DNA of 64,000 bases from Aeromicrobium sp. (GCA_014377785.1 JACMOZ010000268.1:5424-69423); one strand, 5' to 3'. Positions 49,755 to 60,651 are shown, counted from the first letter of the stretch. The notes: a model not told the origin generated them from the sequence alone. Numbers and translations are program-made.

Positions 49755-51809
49755 GTGGCCAAAGACAACGCTCCGCTCAATGTGGGGGAGGGGACTGAGC
49801 AGCTCGCTCTGGTCCCCACTGTGGTTGCCAGGGTTCCGCCCGTCGCTGCCAAGACCCGGAGAAGGCCTGCCGCCAAGGTCATCGAGCTCGCTTTCGACCG
49901 TCCGGTGGCAAGGGTCGCCGTCGACATCGCTCACTCGCACCTCGACCGGCTGTTCGACTACTCGGTGCCTGCTGACCTCGACGCCAAGGCCGTTCCCGGT
50001 TGCCGGGTCAAGGTGCGCTTTGCGGGCAAACTTGTCGACGGTTTTCTGACCGAGCGCGTTGATTCGAGCAATCACGACGGCAAACTCGGCCTGATCGTCA
50101 AGGTGGTCTCAGCCGAAGCTGTCCTACGCCCCGACGTCCTCGACGCTGCCCGGTTGGTGGCCGACCGCTATGCGGGGACTCTCGCCGATGTCCTGCGACT
50201 CGCCATCCCCCCGCGCCACGCCCGTACCGAAGCGCTGAAGACCGTTGCCGAGGTTTCAGACCTACCCGACGTCGATTTGTCGGTATGGGCGTCCTACGAC
50301 GCGGCGGCCGGTTATTTCGATGCGCTGACCTCGGGCAACGACTCGCGTCGCGCCTGTTGGTCCGCCCTTCCCGGCGACGATCCGGCTGTCTGCCTCGCGC
50401 AGGCCGTCCTCGCGATGCTCCGATCGGGCAGGGGAGCGGTGGTCTTGGTCCCCGACATTCGCGATGTCGCCCGTTTCGACGAGGCATTCCGGGCGGTGTT
50501 GGGGGCGGGCAACCACGTCGTACTCCACGCTTCGCAAGGGCCGGCCGAGCGCTACAAATCCTTCCTCGCGTTGTCCCGAGGTCAGGTCAAAGCGGTTGTC
50601 GGCACGCGTGCTGCCGCCTTCGCGCCGGTCCACGACCTCGGTCTGGTCGTGATCTGGGATGACGGCGACGATCTCTTTGCCGAGCAACGCTCGCCCTATC
50701 CTCACGGGCGCGAGATTCTCCTGACTCGCGCCCTCGACCGAAATGCGGCGGTGTTGATCGGCGGTCACGCCCGTACGGCGGAGGCACAACAACTCGTCGA
50801 GAGTGGTTGGTGCCTGGACATCGTTCCGTCACAATCGGTCCGGCGCGAGTCGTGGCCGCGCATCGACATCAGCGATGGCACTGTCGCCGGCGGTGCACCG
50901 GCCCGTCTTCCGCACATAGTCTTCGCCGCCATACGCGAATCCACGGGCGCAGTCCTGGTTCAGGTCCCTCGACGCGGTTATCGGGCTGTCCTGGCCTGTC
51001 AGGATTGTCGGGCCCGGGCCGAGTGCGCGTTGTGCCACGGCCCCTTGACCCAGTCATCGGCCGGCAGCGCGCCCGTATGCAGGTGGTGCGGCGCCAGCGT
51101 CGAGTCGTGGGAATGCGCGCATTGCCGCGGCCACCGTCTTCGGGCGCCGGTCGTGGGAGCGTTGCGGACTGCCGAAGAAATCGGTAAGGCCTTTCCCGAT
51201 ATCCCGGTCCTGACCTCGGGCGGATCGGCCGTACTCGACATCGTTCCCGCCGAACGCTCGATCGTGCTGGCCACGCCGGGAGCTGAGCCAAGGGTCCAGG
51301 GCGGTTATGACGTAGTCGTCCTGCTCGATACCTGGCTGATGCTCGGCCGGCAGGAACTCCGGGTCGAAGAAGAAGCCCATCGCCGCTGGTTCAACGCCCT
51401 CGCTCTGGCTCGCCGCGGCGGCAAGGGAGTGATTGTGGGCGAGCCGTCTCAACTTCAGGCTCTTGTCAGGAGCGACCCAGTGGGATTCGCCCGCCGCGAA
51501 CTCGCCAGCCGAGCCGAGGCGCACATGCCGCCAGTAGCACGGATCGCCACAGTCGAGTCAACACCTGAGGTGATTGCGACTCTCATGGCTGAGCAATTCG
51601 GTCATGGCGATTGGCCGCCTGACACCGAATTTCTCGGCCCGGTCCCTCTTCGCGATCTTCACAACGGCCAAGGGCAGGAACGACTGATCCTGCGCACGCC
51701 GAGGAGGGGCGGAACAGCGTTGTCCGAAAGACTCAAGGCCGAGCAGTCGAAACGAAGTGCCGCCAAACTCCCGCCGCTTAGGGTCCAGATCGACCCCCTC
51801 AACTTTTGA
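49755..51809 (+). CDS. priA: Primosomal protein N' (PriA), actinobacterial form with degenerate ATPase motifs
   Basis: 684 aa with a PriA N-terminal DNA-binding region (VARVAVDIAHSHLDRLFDYSVP) and a Cys-rich zinc region (CQDCRARAECALCHGPL...CRWCG...CAHCRG). The GxGKT and DExH motifs are not present. The GTG start is uncertain. Confidence 0.85.
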   Translation: MAKDNAPLNVGEGTEQLALVPTVVARVPPVAAKTRRRPAAKVIELAFDRPVARVAVDIAHSHLDRLFDYSVPADLDAKAVPGCRVKVRFAGKLVDGFLTERVDSSNHDGKLGLIVKVVSAEAVLRPDVLDAARLVADRYAGTLADVLRLAIPPRHARTEALKTVAEVSDLPDVDLSVWASYDAAAGYFDALTSGNDSRRACWSALPGDDPAVCLAQAVLAMLRSGRGAVVLVPDIRDVARFDEAFRAVLGAGNHVVLHASQGPAERYKSFLALSRGQVKAVVGTRAAAFAPVHDLGLVVIWDDGDDLFAEQRSPYPHGREILLTRALDRNAAVLIGGHARTAEAQQLVESGWCLDIVPSQSVRRESWPRIDISDGTVAGGAPARLPHIVFAAIRESTGAVLVQVPRRGYRAVLACQDCRARAECALCHGPLTQSSAGSAPVCRWCGASVESWECAHCRGHRLRAPVVGALRTAEEIGKAFPDIPVLTSGGSAVLDIVPAERSIVLATPGAEPRVQGGYDVVVLLDTWLMLGRQELRVEEEAHRRWFNALALARRGGKGVIVGEPSQLQALVRSDPVGFARRELASRAEAHMPPVARIATVESTPEVIATLMAEQFGHGDWPPDTEFLGPVPLRDLHNGQGQERLILRTPRRGGTALSERLKAEQSKRSAAKLPPLRVQIDPLNF

Positions 51810-51884
51810 AGCCATACAGTCAACGAATCGCGCGGTCGCTTGTCGATAGGGCTACAAAAGTTGAAGGGCTCTAGACTCGACGGC

Positions 51885-52808
51885 GTGAGATTGGTCTTTG
51901 CCGGAACCCCCGAAGTCGCCGTACCCGCCCTCGACGCCCTGGTCGCCAGCCGGCACGAGGTCGTGGCAGTCCTCACCCGGCCTGATGCGCCGGCCGGTCG
52001 CGGTCGCACACTGGTGGAGTCGCCGGTCGCCAAGCGCGCCGCCGAACTCGGTATCGAAGTTCTCAAGCCGGCCAAGCCATCCGAACCCGAATTCCTCAAG
52101 AAGCTCGCAGAACTCAAGCCCGATTGCTGCCCGGTCGTCGCCTACGGGGCGATCCTTCGCCGAGAAGCGCTCGACATCCCCGAATTCGGCTGGGTCAATC
52201 TTCACTTCTCGGTGCTTCCAGCCTGGCGCGGCGCGGCTCCTGTACAGCGGTCGATCATGGCCGGCGACGAGGTCACGGGGGCTTGCGTGTTCAGCATTGT
52301 GGAAGAACTCGACGCCGGACCGGTTCTCGGCCTGCTCACCGAACGCATACTTGACACCGACACCGCTGGTGACCTCCTCGATCGGCTCGCCCAATTCGGT
52401 GCGGGACTGCTGACGGACGCGATCGACCACATCGAAGCCGGTGACATCTCGGCCATTGCTCAAGCCGAGAACGGCTTGTCCTATGCTCCCAAATTGAGCG
52501 TCGACGACGCTCGCATCGACTGGGACCGGCCCGCGTTTGCGATCGACCGCCAGATCCGCGGCTGCACACCGGAGCCCGGCGCCTGGACCACCCTCGGCGA
52601 TGACCGCTTCAAGATTGGGCCGATCACGAACTCCGAAGGGGACACGCTGAAACCCGGTGACATCGCTGTCGGCAAAAACCAAGTCAGTGTGGGCACAGCA
52701 ACGACCGATGTCATCCTCGGCGAGGTGCAACCACACGGCAAAAAACGTATGAACGCTGCCGACTGGGGCCGCGGCGCCAAACTCGGCGACGGAGCGCGGT
52801 TCGCATGA
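51885..52808 (+). CDS. fmt: Methionyl-tRNA formyltransferase
   Basis: The start is [16 protein letters not shown]. The catalytic motif [17 protein letters not shown] is present. GTG 51885 was chosen over the longer track ORF. Confidence 0.94.
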   Translation: MRLVFAGTPEVAVPALDALVASRHEVVAVLTRPDAPAGRGRTLVESPVAKRAAELGIEVLKPAKPSEPEFLKKLAELKPDCCPVVAYGAILRREALDIPEFGWVNLHFSVLPAWRGAAPVQRSIMAGDEVTGACVFSIVEELDAGPVLGLLTERILDTDTAGDLLDRLAQFGAGLLTDAIDHIEAGDISAIAQAENGLSYAPKLSVDDARIDWDRPAFAIDRQIRGCTPEPGAWTTLGDDRFKIGPITNSEGDTLKPGDIAVGKNQVSVGTATTDVILGEVQPHGKKRMNAADWGRGAKLGDGARFA

Positions 52809-54088
52809 TCGACCCGGTCCGCACCGTCGCCTTCGACGTCCTCCGCGCCATCGACGATCGGGACGCCTACGTCAACCTGATTCTGCCCGGAATGTTGCGT
52901 GAACGCGGGATCGAGGGCCGGGACGCCGCCTTCGCCACCGAGCTCACCAACGGCACGTTGCGCCGGCGTGGAACGTACGACGCAATCATCAATCTTGCTG
53001 TCAGCAAGGGCATCGCGACGGTCGATCCACCGGTCCTCGACGTTTTGAGGCTCGGCGCCCACCAGATCCTGTCGATGCGGGTGCCGTCGCACGCCGCCGT
53101 CTCGACCTGCGTTGACCTGGTCCGTTCCTCGGTCGGCCACAAGCCGGTGGCGTTTACCAATGCGGTTCTGCGCAAAATTTCCCAGGGCGACCTCGACTCC
53201 TGGCTGGCCCGTGCGACCCGCGGCAAGTCGAAGATCGAAGCGTTGTCGATCGTCCATTCGCACCCGGTATGGATCATCGAAGCGCTCAACGAGGCCCTCG
53301 GCGGTGACTGGGCCGAGACTGAAAAGCTGCTCGCCGCCCAGAACGAGTCGCCGAAGGTCACTCTTGTCGCACGACCGGGCCTGTGCGAACCCGAAGAACT
53401 CCCCGGCGAGCCCGGCCGTTTGTCGCCCTATGCGCGTTATCTGGACGCCGGCGACCCCGGTGCGATTCCCGCAATCGTCGAGGGCCGTGCCGGTGTTCAG
53501 GACGAAGCCTCCCAACTCGTCGCGATCGGCCTTGCCGAAAGCCCGATCGAGGGCCACGACTCGCGTTGGCTCGATCTGTGCGCGGGCCCCGGCGGCAAAG
53601 CGGCCCTTCTCGGTGCCATCGCTGCCCAGCGCGGTGCCGAACTCGTTGCCAACGAGGTCCAGCCGCACCGCGCGAGACTGGTCGAACAGTCGCTGCGCAA
53701 ATTGCCCAACACCACGGTCACCATCTTTGACGGTCGCGAAGGTCCCTGGGAGTTGGAGAGCTTCGACCGCATACTCGTCGATGCGCCGTGCACGGGTCTT
53801 GGGGCGCTGCGTCGGCGACCCGAATCACGCTGGCGACGATTGCCGTCAGATCTCGATCAACTCGTGCCGCTGCAAACGGCGTTGCTGGCAAGAGCCCTCG
53901 AGCTCGTCCGTCCAGGGGGAGTCGTCTGTTATGCCACCTGTTCGCCCCACCTCGCCGAGACCCGCGCCGTTGTCGACGCCGTACTCGCAGGCCGTGACGA
54001 CGTGAGCGCGGCCGCGCCGGTCAACTGGTGGCCACACATCCACGGCACCGACGCCATGTTCTCGATCATCCTGACCAAAACCGTCTGA
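52805..54088 (+). CDS. rsmB: 16S rRNA (cytosine967-C5)-methyltransferase RsmB/Sun family
   Basis: NusB-like N-domain plus a SAM MTase domain ([22 protein letters not shown]). It follows fmt as usual. Confidence 0.9.
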   Translation: MIDPVRTVAFDVLRAIDDRDAYVNLILPGMLRERGIEGRDAAFATELTNGTLRRRGTYDAIINLAVSKGIATVDPPVLDVLRLGAHQILSMRVPSHAAVSTCVDLVRSSVGHKPVAFTNAVLRKISQGDLDSWLARATRGKSKIEALSIVHSHPVWIIEALNEALGGDWAETEKLLAAQNESPKVTLVARPGLCEPEELPGEPGRLSPYARYLDAGDPGAIPAIVEGRAGVQDEASQLVAIGLAESPIEGHDSRWLDLCAGPGGKAALLGAIAAQRGAELVANEVQPHRARLVEQSLRKLPNTTVTIFDGREGPWELESFDRILVDAPCTGLGALRRRPESRWRRLPSDLDQLVPLQTALLARALELVRPGGVVCYATCSPHLAETRAVVDAVLAGRDDVSAAAPVNWWPHIHGTDAMFSIILTKTV

Positions 54089-54089
54089 A

Positions 54090-54174
54090 CCCGCCCCAAG
54101 ATTTGGCCGCTAAAGCACTCCGAAACGGTCAAAACCCTCTTTCTCAGGTGCTTCAGCGGCCAAATCTTGGCGGG
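54090..54174. repeat. Intergenic palindromic element, type 1 (best-preserved copy; ~27-bp arms, 29-nt spacer)
   Basis: The left arm CCCGCCCCAAGATTTGGCCGCTAAAGCAC (54090-54118) pairs with the right arm GTGCTTCAGCGGCCAAATCTTGGCGGG (54148-54174). The arms are complementary except for one mismatch and a 2-nt indel. The element starts 2 nt after the rsmB stop. Confidence 0.8.
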
Positions 54175-54211
54175 TACCTCGGCTGGGAACGGGTTCGTTA
54201 GGATCACGGCC

Positions 54212-54880
54212 ATGGGAATCCAGATTTCGCCGAGTATGTTGTCCGCGGATTTTGCCAACCTCGAGGCCGAGGCAAAACGTATTCCCGGCGCCGACTGGTT
54301 GCACGTCGATGTCATGGACAATCATTTCGTTCCCAACCTGACATTGGGCGTGCCGGTGCTCGAGGCTCTCGCTAGGGTCGCCGAACAACCGATCGATGCA
54401 CATCTCATGATCGAAGACCCCGACCGTTGGGCGCCGGCGTTCATCGACGCCGGTGCCACCAGCGTGACGTTTCACATCGAGGCAGCCAAGGATCCGGTTC
54501 GCCTTGCCCGCCAGATCCGGGCCAAGGACGCCCGGGCAGCCATGGCTCTCAAACCTGCGACGCCGATCGAGCCCTATAAGGACCTTCTTCGCGAGCTCGA
54601 CATGGTGTTGATCATGACGGTCGAACCCGGTTTCGGCGGCCAGAAGTTCCTCGACAACTGCCTGCCCAAGATCAGACGCACCAGACAATTGCTCGACAAG
54701 ACTGGCGGTGACATCTGGCTGCAGGTCGACGGGGGAGTGTCCCTCGAAACAATTGACCGCTGCGCCGAAGCCGGTGCCGATGTTTTCGTCGCCGGATCGG
54801 CGGTCTTCGGCGCCGACGTGCCCGATGACATGGTGACCGAATTGCGGACGCGCGCCCAGCACCACAGCTGCCTGGGTTAA
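54212..54880 (+). CDS. rpe: Ribulose-phosphate 3-epimerase
   Basis: The start is [17 protein letters not shown]. Motifs [12 protein letters not shown] and VDGG are present. ATG 54212 was chosen, since the track start at 54167 lies inside the palindromic element. Confidence 0.94.
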   Translation: MGIQISPSMLSADFANLEAEAKRIPGADWLHVDVMDNHFVPNLTLGVPVLEALARVAEQPIDAHLMIEDPDRWAPAFIDAGATSVTFHIEAAKDPVRLARQIRAKDARAAMALKPATPIEPYKDLLRELDMVLIMTVEPGFGGQKFLDNCLPKIRRTRQLLDKTGGDIWLQVDGGVSLETIDRCAEAGADVFVAGSAVFGADVPDDMVTELRTRAQHHSCLG

Positions 54881-54914
54881 TATCGACCTACGAGACATTG
54901 TTGGAAAGAACAGT

Positions 54915-55055
54915 GCTCGCGTGCTCCGGGGTCGGTGTAATTCCGAGCCGGCGGTTATAGTCCGCGACCTGCAGTCTCATTTCGGTGAGGGCGCAGTTGA
55001 GTTGGTGAAACTCCAGCACCGACGGTGAAAGTCCGGATGGGAGGCGCACGCAAAT
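54915..55055 (+). promoter_or_regulatory. FMN riboswitch (RFN element) controlling the rib operon
   Basis: The sequence CGTGCTCCGGGGTCGGTGTAATTCCGAGCCGGCGGTTATAGTCCGCGACC...GTTGGTGAAACTCCAGCACCGACGGTGAAAGTCCGGATGGGAGGCGCACG matches the conserved RFN core blocks. The P1 stem closes with GCGTGC/GCACGC. It lies directly upstream of ribD. Confidence 0.92.
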
Positions 55056-55129
55056 GTTGTGACGCTGCGAGGCGTCCCGACGTTTGAAGCCCCGGAGTCC
55101 GCGTGCCCGGACACGGAGGCGCAAGCACG

Positions 55130-56167
55130 ATGGCAAGCCCCATAGAGATCGAGGCAATGCGCCGTGCGATCGACGCTGCACGCTTTGTGGTGCGCACCTT
55201 TCCCAATCCCCGAGTGGGCTGCGTCCTCCTGGACACCAACGGCAACGAGATTGCGATCGGCGTCCATCAAGGCGCTGGCACTCCTCATGCCGAAGTCGAC
55301 GCCCTGACTCAGGCGGGCTCACGTGCCGCCGGAGCGACGGCCGTTGTCACGCTTGAACCCTGCAACCACACCGGACGTACCGGCCCCTGCGCTCAGGCCC
55401 TGATCGATGCTGGCGTTGTCCGAGTTGTCTTCGCGCAGTCCGATCCCAATCAGCAAGCCGCCGGTGGCGCCCTGACTCTCCGCGCAGCCGGTATCGACGT
55501 CGAAGCGGGCGTCCTTGCCATTGAAGCGGCCGAGATCAACATCGCCTGGAGCCATGCCGTGACAACGGGGCGCCCGTTCGTGACGTGGAAGTATGCTGCG
55601 ACTCTCGACGGACTGAGCGCCGCCCCCGACGGCAGCAGCAAATGGATCACCGGCACCGAAGCCCGCCGCGACGTACAAAAGTTTCGTGCCGGCGTTGATG
55701 CCATCGTCGCCGGCACGGGTTCGGTTCTGGCCGACGATCCGCGTCTGACGATCCGTGACGAGGACGACAATCCGCTGCCTTATGCACAGCAACCGCTGCG
55801 AGTCGTCGTGGGCCAGAGGACGATCCCGCGTTTTTACCGCGTCTTCGACCAGACTGCGCCGATGCTGCTGATTCAGTCGCGCGACCCTGACACGGTCTTG
55901 AAAAAACTCGCCGAACGCGAGATCAGGCACGTATGGCTCGAGGGCGGACCGCGACTGGCCGGAGCCTTCTGGAATGCCGGCCTCATTGATCGCGTTATTG
56001 GTTATATCGCCCCCGCGTTGCTGGGGGCCGGGCTGCCGGCCCTTGAGGCCTCGGCGACGACTTTGGCCGATCTGCGACCGATCGATTTGAGCGATCTCAC
56101 CATGATCGGCAAGGACATCCGGCTGATCGGCACGCCGCTGAAAGCACCACGAGAGGACTTCGACTGA
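55130..56167 (+). CDS. ribD: Bifunctional riboflavin biosynthesis protein RibD (deaminase/reductase)
   Basis: Deaminase zinc motifs HAEVDAL and EPCNHTGRTGPC are present, plus a C-terminal reductase domain. ATG 55130 is preferred; GTG 55103 is an in-frame alternative. Confidence 0.93.
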   Translation: MASPIEIEAMRRAIDAARFVVRTFPNPRVGCVLLDTNGNEIAIGVHQGAGTPHAEVDALTQAGSRAAGATAVVTLEPCNHTGRTGPCAQALIDAGVVRVVFAQSDPNQQAAGGALTLRAAGIDVEAGVLAIEAAEINIAWSHAVTTGRPFVTWKYAATLDGLSAAPDGSSKWITGTEARRDVQKFRAGVDAIVAGTGSVLADDPRLTIRDEDDNPLPYAQQPLRVVVGQRTIPRFYRVFDQTAPMLLIQSRDPDTVLKKLAEREIRHVWLEGGPRLAGAFWNAGLIDRVIGYIAPALLGAGLPALEASATTLADLRPIDLSDLTMIGKDIRLIGTPLKAPREDFD

Positions 56168-56802
56168 TGTTTACCGGGATTGTGGAAGAACAAGGGCGCA
56201 TCGAGGCCATCGCCGACCTCGGCGACTCGATCCGGCTCACGGTGCGCGGACCGCTCGTCGTGTCCGATGCCGGCCACGGAGACTCGATCTCCGTCAACGG
56301 CTGCTGCCTCACCGTGTCGGACCAGTCCGGTGAAACCTTCGACGCCGATGTCATGAAGGAATCGCTCGACAAGACCAATCTCGGCGACCTCGTCGTCGGG
56401 GATGCGGTCAACCTCGAACGCGCTATGCCGGCCGGGGCGCGACTCGGCGGTCACATCGTTCAGGGACACGGTGACGGCACCGGCCGCATCCTCGACCGCA
56501 CGCCCAGCGACAACTGGGAAGTCGTGCGCATCGCGCTCGACGCCGACATCGCCAAATATCTTGTCAACAAGGGGTCGGTCACGGTTGACGGCACGTCCCT
56601 CACCGTCGTCGAAGTGGTCGGTCGCCCCCGATCGGGCACCGGTGAGCCCTGGTTCTCGGTTTCGCTCATCCCCACAACCCTCGAGGAGACGACTCTCGGC
56701 GCCAAAGTTCCCGGCGACCGGGTCAATCTCGAGGTCGACATACTCGCCAAATACGTCGAGCGACTGCTCGGCCAGGCACAGCAGACAGGTGGCAACGCAT
56801 GA
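56167..56802 (+). CDS. ribE: Riboflavin synthase (alpha chain)
   Basis: 211 aa starting [10 protein letters not shown], with duplicated lumazine-binding repeats ([11 protein letters not shown] / [11 protein letters not shown]). Confidence 0.95.
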   Translation: MFTGIVEEQGRIEAIADLGDSIRLTVRGPLVVSDAGHGDSISVNGCCLTVSDQSGETFDADVMKESLDKTNLGDLVVGDAVNLERAMPAGARLGGHIVQGHGDGTGRILDRTPSDNWEVVRIALDADIAKYLVNKGSVTVDGTSLTVVEVVGRPRSGTGEPWFSVSLIPTTLEETTLGAKVPGDRVNLEVDILAKYVERLLGQAQQTGGNA

Positions 56803-58034
56803 AAGTTCGTCTTGACAGTATCGAAAGGGCCATCGCCGACATCCCCGAAGGCAAGGCCATCGTGGTCGTTGATGACGAGGGCCGTGAAAACGAGGGCGAC
56901 ATCATCTTCGCCGCCAGCAAGGCAACGCCCGCACTCATGGCGTTTCTCGTGCGCTACTCCAGCGGCTTGGTGTGTGCGCCGACTACTGGCGAAATCCTCG
57001 ACCGGCTGGGGATTCCGCTCATGACGCCGCACAACCGCGAAAAGATGCGTACCGCCTACACGATTTCGGTCGACTCCCGTGATGGCATCACGACAGGAAT
57101 TTCGGCCACGGATCGCGCCCGTACGTGCCGGGTCCTCGCCGATTCGGCCACCGAACCCTTTGAGTTGGTGATGCCCGGCCACATCCTCCCGCTGCGCGCC
57201 AAGCCGGGCGGAGTCCTCGAGCGGGCCGGTCATACCGAAGCCGCCGTCGACTTCACCCGACTCGCCGGGCTCACTCCGGCAGGCGTCATCGGCGAGGTCC
57301 TGCGCGACGACGGCACCCTGATGCGAGCACCGGCGCTTCGCGAATTCGCCGACGAACACGACGTGGCGCTGGTTTCCATCGAGGACCTCCAGGTCCACCT
57401 GCGCCTCCACGAAAGCCAGGTCCAACGACTCGCCGAGACCAGGCTTCCGACCGAATTCGGCGAGTTCATGGCCCTCGGCTTTCGTGACCAGATCGACCAG
57501 GCCGAACACATAGCTCTGGTTTATGGCGATCCCGGCACCGAAAACGTCCTGACCCGGTTGCATTCGGAATGCCTCACCGGTGACGTGTTCGGATCACGGC
57601 GTTGCGACTGCGGACCGCAATTGGCCGCCTCGATGGCAGCCATTACTGCCGAAGGCGCGGGTGTGATCGTCTATCTCCGCGGCCATGAAGGGCGTGGCAT
57701 CGGCCTGCTGCACAAACTGCAGGCTTACGGACTCCAGGATCAGGGGCGTGACACGGTCGACGCGAACCTCGAGCTCGGCTTCGGCGAGGACGAACGCGAC
57801 TACGCCGCCGGCGCGCAGATCTTGCGTGACCTTGGCGTGACGTCGGTGCGGCTGCTCACCAACAACCCCGACAAGACGACAGCGCTTGAGGCTTATGGCG
57901 TCAAGGTGGCCGAGCGGATCCCGCTGCACATCGCCCCGACGCCCGACAGCCTGCGTTATCTGCAGACCAAGGCCGAGCGCATGGGCCACGACTTGCCTCA
58001 CCTCGGACTGAACCCGTCGGAAAAGCCGGCATGA
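56799..58034 (+). CDS. ribBA: Bifunctional 3,4-dihydroxy-2-butanone-4-phosphate synthase / GTP cyclohydrolase II
   Basis: 411 aa with a DHBP synthase half ([10 protein letters not shown]) and a GCH II half ([18 protein letters not shown]). Confidence 0.96.
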   Translation: MKVRLDSIERAIADIPEGKAIVVVDDEGRENEGDIIFAASKATPALMAFLVRYSSGLVCAPTTGEILDRLGIPLMTPHNREKMRTAYTISVDSRDGITTGISATDRARTCRVLADSATEPFELVMPGHILPLRAKPGGVLERAGHTEAAVDFTRLAGLTPAGVIGEVLRDDGTLMRAPALREFADEHDVALVSIEDLQVHLRLHESQVQRLAETRLPTEFGEFMALGFRDQIDQAEHIALVYGDPGTENVLTRLHSECLTGDVFGSRRCDCGPQLAASMAAITAEGAGVIVYLRGHEGRGIGLLHKLQAYGLQDQGRDTVDANLELGFGEDERDYAAGAQILRDLGVTSVRLLTNNPDKTTALEAYGVKVAERIPLHIAPTPDSLRYLQTKAERMGHDLPHLGLNPSEKPA

Positions 58035-58510
58035 GCGGCGCCGGAGCACCTGACCTCAGGACCGACGCCACCGGCGCCCGGGTTGCGGTTGTGGCCTCGA
58101 GTTGGCATACCGAAGTCATGGATGGGCTCATTGCCGGGGCCCAACGAGCCCTCGCCGATGCCAACGTCACCGATGTGACGCTTGTACGGGCACCCGGATC
58201 GTTCGAATTGCCGATCCTCGCACAGGCCTACGCCAAGGCCGGTTTCGACGCTGTCGTCGCGCTCGGTGTCATCATCCGCGGAGGTACTCCGCATTTTGAG
58301 TATGTTTGCGCCGCGGCAACGGACGGCCTCAATCGGGTCGCCCTCGACACCGGTATTCCGATCGGCTTCGGACTTTTGACATGTGACAACGACCAGCAGG
58401 CCCTCGACCGCGCCGGCCTGCCAGACAGCAAGGAAGACAGGGGCCGCGAAGCCGTCGAAGCGGCATTGGCGACGCGGGCGCTGCTCTCCGCGGTGGAGGA
58501 CCGATCTTGA
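58031..58510 (+). CDS. ribH: 6,7-dimethyl-8-ribityllumazine synthase
   Basis: 159 aa with motifs VPGSFELP-like RAPGSFELP and [18 protein letters not shown] overlap with ribBA. Confidence 0.96.
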   Translation: MSGAGAPDLRTDATGARVAVVASSWHTEVMDGLIAGAQRALADANVTDVTLVRAPGSFELPILAQAYAKAGFDAVVALGVIIRGGTPHFEYVCAAATDGLNRVALDTGIPIGFGLLTCDNDQQALDRAGLPDSKEDRGREAVEAALATRALLSAVEDRS

Positions 58511-58599
58511 GGTTTTTGGGCGGTGGTGGCTGCCGCAATCAATCAAGATCGAGCCAACCCGAGTCGTCGCCGAGAAGCCAGCCGATAGGCTAGGCCCCG

Positions 58600-58863
58600 A
58601 TGAAGACCTTTGATCAGTTGTTCGCCGAGTTGGCCGACAAGGCTGCCAGCCGCCCCGAGGGCTCGCGCACCGTCGCCGAGCTTGATGCGGGGGTGCACGC
58701 CATTGGCAAGAAACTTGTCGAGGAGGCCGCCGAGTCCTGGATGGCCGCCGAGCACGAAAGCGCCGATCGCGCCGCCGAAGAACTCAGCCAATTGCTCTAC
58801 CACGTTCAGGTCATGATGCTGGCCAAGGGAATCGCCCTCGAAGACGTCTACGCGCATTTGTGA
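58600..58863 (+). CDS. hisE: Phosphoribosyl-ATP pyrophosphatase
   Basis: 87 aa, [25 protein letters not shown]...[10 protein letters not shown]...[13 protein letters not shown], typical of HisE. Confidence 0.93.
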   Translation: MKTFDQLFAELADKAASRPEGSRTVAELDAGVHAIGKKLVEEAAESWMAAEHESADRAAEELSQLLYHVQVMMLAKGIALEDVYAHL

Positions 58864-58928
58864 CGGATGGCCCTTCGGGTCCGTCCGTGCCTTCGCCCGT
58901 ACGCACGTCTCCACTGAACTGAGGAATC

Positions 58929-59774
58929 ATGTTAAGAATCGCTGTCCCGAACAAGGGTGTCCTTGCCGAATCGGCCGCACAAATGCTGACCGAGGCCGGC
59001 TACCGCCAACGCCGTAATTCCCGTGACCTCGTGACCCTGGACACCGACAACGACGTCGAGTTCTTTTACCTCCGGCCCCGCGATATCGCCATTTATGTGG
59101 GGGAGGGCACTCTCGATGTCGGTATCACCGGCCGCGACCTGCTGCTCGACTCCGGTGCTCATGTCGAAGAGTCGATTGCCCTCGGCTTCGGCGCTTCGAC
59201 GTTCCGGTTCGCCGCTCCGATCGGCACTATGAGCAAGATTGAAGACCTGCAGGGCAAGCGCATTGCGACGTCGTACGACGGAATCGTGGAAAAATTTCTC
59301 ACCGATCATGGCATCGACGCCTCGGTGGTCCGCCTCGACGGGGCCGTCGAATCCTCGGTGCGCCTCGGTGTTGCCGATGCGATCGCCGATGTTGTGGAGA
59401 CCGGCAGCACTCTTCGCCAAGCCGACCTCGAGGTGTTCGCCGATCCGATCCTTTCCTCCGAATCGGTCCTCATCACCCGTCTCGGCGCTCCGAACCCCGA
59501 AGGCTTCGATGTCTTCAAACGACGCCTCGACGGCGTCATCGTGGCACGCACCTACGTGATGATGGATTACGACATCCGGGTCGAGATTGTCGAGCAAGCC
59601 ATCGCCTTGACGCCGGGAATCGAGTCGCCGACGGTGTCGCCACTTCATCGCGAAGGCTGGGTCGCCGTACGCTCGATGGTGCCGCGTGATGCTGCCCAGA
59701 AAATCATGGATTCGCTGTGGGAACTCGGTGCCCGCGGCACCCTCGTCACCGACATCCTGGCTTGTCGGATCTGA
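58929..59774 (+). CDS. hisG: ATP phosphoribosyltransferase (long form)
   Basis: 281 aa starting [10 protein letters not shown], with the DLLLDSGA motif and a C-terminal regulatory domain. It sits in the hisE-hisG pair. Confidence 0.95.
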   Translation: MLRIAVPNKGVLAESAAQMLTEAGYRQRRNSRDLVTLDTDNDVEFFYLRPRDIAIYVGEGTLDVGITGRDLLLDSGAHVEESIALGFGASTFRFAAPIGTMSKIEDLQGKRIATSYDGIVEKFLTDHGIDASVVRLDGAVESSVRLGVADAIADVVETGSTLRQADLEVFADPILSSESVLITRLGAPNPEGFDVFKRRLDGVIVARTYVMMDYDIRVEIVEQAIALTPGIESPTVSPLHREGWVAVRSMVPRDAAQKIMDSLWELGARGTLVTDILACRI

Positions 59775-60175
59775 TGATCTTCCGTCCGATCGGGCCTCGT
59801 GTGGTCGCGTATGGTTCGATCGCCGTCCTGACCGTGATCACCGTCGTGATCGGTATCGAACTTCCCAGTTTCATAGTTTTCACAGCGGCGGAGCTTGTCA
59901 CGATGGTGCTGCTGATTATCGCCGTCTTCGGCGGGCTGCACGGCGTTGCCCGGAGCTACGTCGAAGCCACTGACTCGGGCCTTGAGATCCTCAACGGTTA
60001 TCGCCGGCACCATCTCGAATGGTCGGAGATCAAGGGGATTGCCATGAACACCGGCGCCCCGTGGCCCACGATTGTGACAAAAGATGACGAGCGAGTTGTC
60101 ATCTTTGCCATTCAGGGCACCGATGGCGCGGCCGCCGCTGAGGCGCTGAGGTACATCCGGAGTCGCATCGGATGA
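59774..60175 (+). CDS. PH domain-containing membrane protein
   Basis: 133 aa from ATG 59774 (TGATG overlap with hisG). It has two N-terminal TM helices followed by a short bacterial PH-like domain (LEILNGYRRHHLEWSEIKGI). Confidence 0.7.
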   Translation: MIFRPIGPRVVAYGSIAVLTVITVVIGIELPSFIVFTAAELVTMVLLIIAVFGGLHGVARSYVEATDSGLEILNGYRRHHLEWSEIKGIAMNTGAPWPTIVTKDDERVVIFAIQGTDGAAAAEALRYIRSRIG

Positions 60176-60651
60176 GCCACAACCGTTCCTTGGCGGAACC
60201 GGCATTTCCCGACGACGACGGTTCGCTCGACGACGTGCTCGCGACGGCCTTCGCCGAATTTGCCTCCCATGACGAACCCGCGGCGATCATCGGCGCGCTG
60301 TGCAGCGTACGGGTGTTCGTCGCCGTCATCGCGTTGCTAGGCGAGATTCCATCTGATGGCGACAAAGACTCCGAAATGGCTGCGGTGTTCATGACCGGCG
60401 CCGACGGGCGAAAAGCACTGCTGGCCTTCAGTTCGCTCGACAGCATGAAGAGTTGGGATCCGCAGGCCAGGCCCGTCCCGGTCTACGGCTATGACGCCGC
60501 CCGCGCTGCCCTCGACGAGGGTGCAACGGCTTTGTTGCTCGACCTCGGAGGTCCACATTTCGTAGTTGTGGAGACCTATGACCTCGAACATCTGGCCGCA
60601 GGTGACCAATTGGTGAACACCGAAGCCGGTACCGCCTGGGTCACCTCGTAA
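60172..60651 (+). CDS. SseB family protein
   Basis: 159 aa. The N-terminus DDDGSLDDVL...LCSVRVFVAV and the segment GRKALLAFSSLDSMKSWDPQARPVPV fit the SseB-like family. ATGA overlap with the upstream gene. Confidence 0.75.
   Translation: MSHNRSLAEPAFPDDDGSLDDVLATAFAEFASHDEPAAIIGALCSVRVFVAVIALLGEIPSDGDKDSEMAAVFMTGADGRKALLAFSSLDSMKSWDPQARPVPVYGYDAARAALDEGATALLLDLGGPHFVVVETYDLEHLAAGDQLVNTEAGTAWVTS

Noticed and set aside
49599-50075. A 159-codon N-terminal extension of the PhoX-like ORF (track start 50075).
   Set aside because: It overlaps the priA coding region on the opposite strand. GTG 49598 has a GGAGGAG SD and yields the N-terminus typical of this family.
58864-58928. The hairpin GACGGATGGCCCTTCGGGTCCGTC between hisE and hisG as an attenuator or terminator.
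   Set aside because: No U-tract or alternative antiterminator pairing is evident. hisE-hisG are normally co-transcribed, so this is likely an incidental GC-rich stem.
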